Source: Schmidtea nova
Lineage: Eukaryota
Assembly: GCA_044892505.1 (NCBI GenBank)
Contig: CM097884.1
Span: 98,766,001-98,830,000 of the forward strand
Length of the DNA stretch: 64,000 nt
Reading direction: 5' to 3'
Shown here: positions 62,384 through 64,000 of the stretch, piece after piece
Layout of the letters: each line of letters starts with the position of its first letter
How positions within the stretch are numbered: the first letter of the stretch is position 1
The notes under the pieces: generated by a model
What the model saw: only the letters and a program-made list of their open reading frames with translations
Told to the model about the DNA's origin: nothing
Database searches by the model: none
Translations under genes and position numbers: made by a program

Positions 62384-62985
62384 TTACAACTGATTGCATT
62401 GTGGCGACTGATCACATTCCAGTGTATATGGCTCATCGAGAGATTGGCATTCTAAAGAAAAATCAGAATGAGCTGGACAATCTGTAGTATCCGAAGTATT
62501 AGGACATTCATTGCAATCTTTTGGCTTTATGAAATCCATCGATTCATCGGGAGTGCAGTTGGGCCATTCTTCTTTTTCTTCGTTTTCTTCTTCTTCTTTA
62601 ATATCATTTATTTTCTTTGACTCCATCTCATATTTTTGGAGTGCTTTTCGTAACACCCAAAAACGACATTTTTCGATCCGATCGTGGCAACCCGCGCATT
62701 GGTTTCCACAAAGAATGTGTTCCGCCATGTATGCAAGATCCATGTCCAAGTTAGTCAGGTGATCCAACAATATTTGATTGATATCAATCACGGTGATTGA
62801 TAAAATTTCAATCGACAGCATCTCCGAAGCCCTGTAGATTAGTTTTAGCATTAACGTTGGGAACAGTTCATCCAATTTGCCGAATAGTATGGCCATCAAT
62901 TTATCTAAAAGATAAATATTATAAAAATGAAAAATGAAAAATTTAAAACTTTACCATATTTCATTAACGTTGATTTCAGACACAT
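62384..62985 (-). CDS. CxxCH-motif protein, two exons (62985-62955, 62904-62384), open after splicing
   Basis: 50-nt GTAAAG..TTTTAG intron joins MCLKSTLMKY-D-KLMAILFGK in frame; QCAGCHD; acidic, Cys-containing tail. Confidence 0.65.
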
Positions 62986-63155
62986 TGTAAATTATAAATG
63001 ATTGTAAATGTTCAGTGTATATATACTAAAGTAACACACAAGAAAATGAAACACACAATCAACCAGTCAAATTAGAGTATGCATAACATGTCTTTATTAT
63101 CGAAATACATACTAAACTAATCAGAATCTTGCATTTTTTTGCATCTTTATTGGAA

Positions 63156-63635
63156 TTATGAGTCACACGATAATATGAAATCAACAAAGGCTTTATCTTC
63201 AATAATTGATTTTATATCCATAATTATATTATCAACTATATTTAAATAGTCCCTAGTTTTTAGACCTAATATAACTACTTTACCACTTGAAAATATATTA
63301 ACACACATGGAATTATATTTTATATATCTCAAAGCTGGAAATATTTATGGTTCATAAACACATTCTATTAATTTAGCCAAATCATTTAAATTACAATTAA
63401 ATCCCAAGTCTGCCATTACAGTAATCGATTGGATTGTTAAATCATAAATCTTTACCTTTTCATCACTAATAAATTCCTTGCATCCCATAATTCTAAATAT
63501 CCTGGTCTTAAAATATATTTTCGGATATTTACCACTTCTATCAATAATTTGTTATGGGATCCCCTTAGGAAAATTCATGTGTGATACATCAGTCTTACCC
63601 TTATAATTTATATTGCTAATCAATAATGAAAATAT
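63156..63635 (-). pseudogene. Divergent second-lineage TBP-like gene
   Basis: SNINYKGK..IIDRSGK..IYF..RIMGCK..IQSITV..YEP*IFPALR..VNIFSSGKVVILGLK; two stops; start codon uncertain. Confidence 0.85.
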
Positions 63636-63714
63636 TTTAAATATGACAATAATAAAAACAATTATCATTTAAAAAAAATATAAACAATAATAATTTATTA
63701 ATAAAATTAGAAAT

Positions 63715-64000
63715 ATGGAATTAAGAAATGATGCAGTGTTTCAAATTGTTGGACCGAGCGGGAGTGGAAAAACTTTATTTATTTGTAAATTATTACAATC
63801 AAAATTATTCAAATCAAAGTTTAATAAACTTTATTGGCATAGGGGAGCAGATGAAGAACATGGAATGACTCAATGACAATTTTGTAAAATAAAAATGACA
63901 ATCATGAAAGGTTTCGATAAAAATTGGTCATCTAGATTAAGAGAAAGGGATGTGATTATTATTGATGATTTGTATCAAGAAGCAAGTAAAGAAAATGAGT
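63715..64000 (+). pseudogene. Divergent second-lineage packaging ATPase, 5' part (cut by window end)
   Basis: MELRNDAVFQIVGPSGSGKT..IIIDDLYQE; one in-frame stop. Confidence 0.92.

Noticed and set aside
62681-62698. CxxCH as a c-type heme attachment site
   Set aside because: No targeting signal or cytochrome context; a zinc site is more plausible in a nuclear virus-like element.

Overview
Very AT-rich eukaryotic, probably metazoan, genomic DNA with GT-AG introns, (TA)n/(TAA)n microsatellites and many N blocks (masked repeats or gaps; I cannot tell which). Short 44-81 nt introns and the repeat content would fit an invertebrate such as a flatworm, but that is a guess. All protein identities come from motif recognition by eye, not from searches. 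Host content: one apparently intact 8-exon minus-strand gene that the ORF track misses, a PP2C-like PP2D1 homolog (37174->11477, all splice phases compatible). Its introns hold a Ty3/Gypsy element, an AdoMet decarboxylase pseudogene, two Penelope elements with minimal hammerhead motifs, a pogo transposase, a solo LTR and a protein-primed PolB remnant. The right 24 kb is a nest of Polinton/Maverick (adintovirus-like) sequence: pPolB, packaging ATPase, major capsid, adenain-like protease, integrase and a pX-like ORF, plus unusual cargo. The cargo is a TATA-binding-protein-like gene head-to-head with the ATPase in two divergent lineages, an intron-containing CxxCH gene and an intact RING E3-like gene. 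One copy is folded into a near-perfect ~5 kb inverted repeat (40186-45152 / 49725-54736). The best candidate for an undescribed system is this TBP-encoding Polinton-like virus lineage with spliced genes. I found no rRNA, tRNA or CRISPR array.
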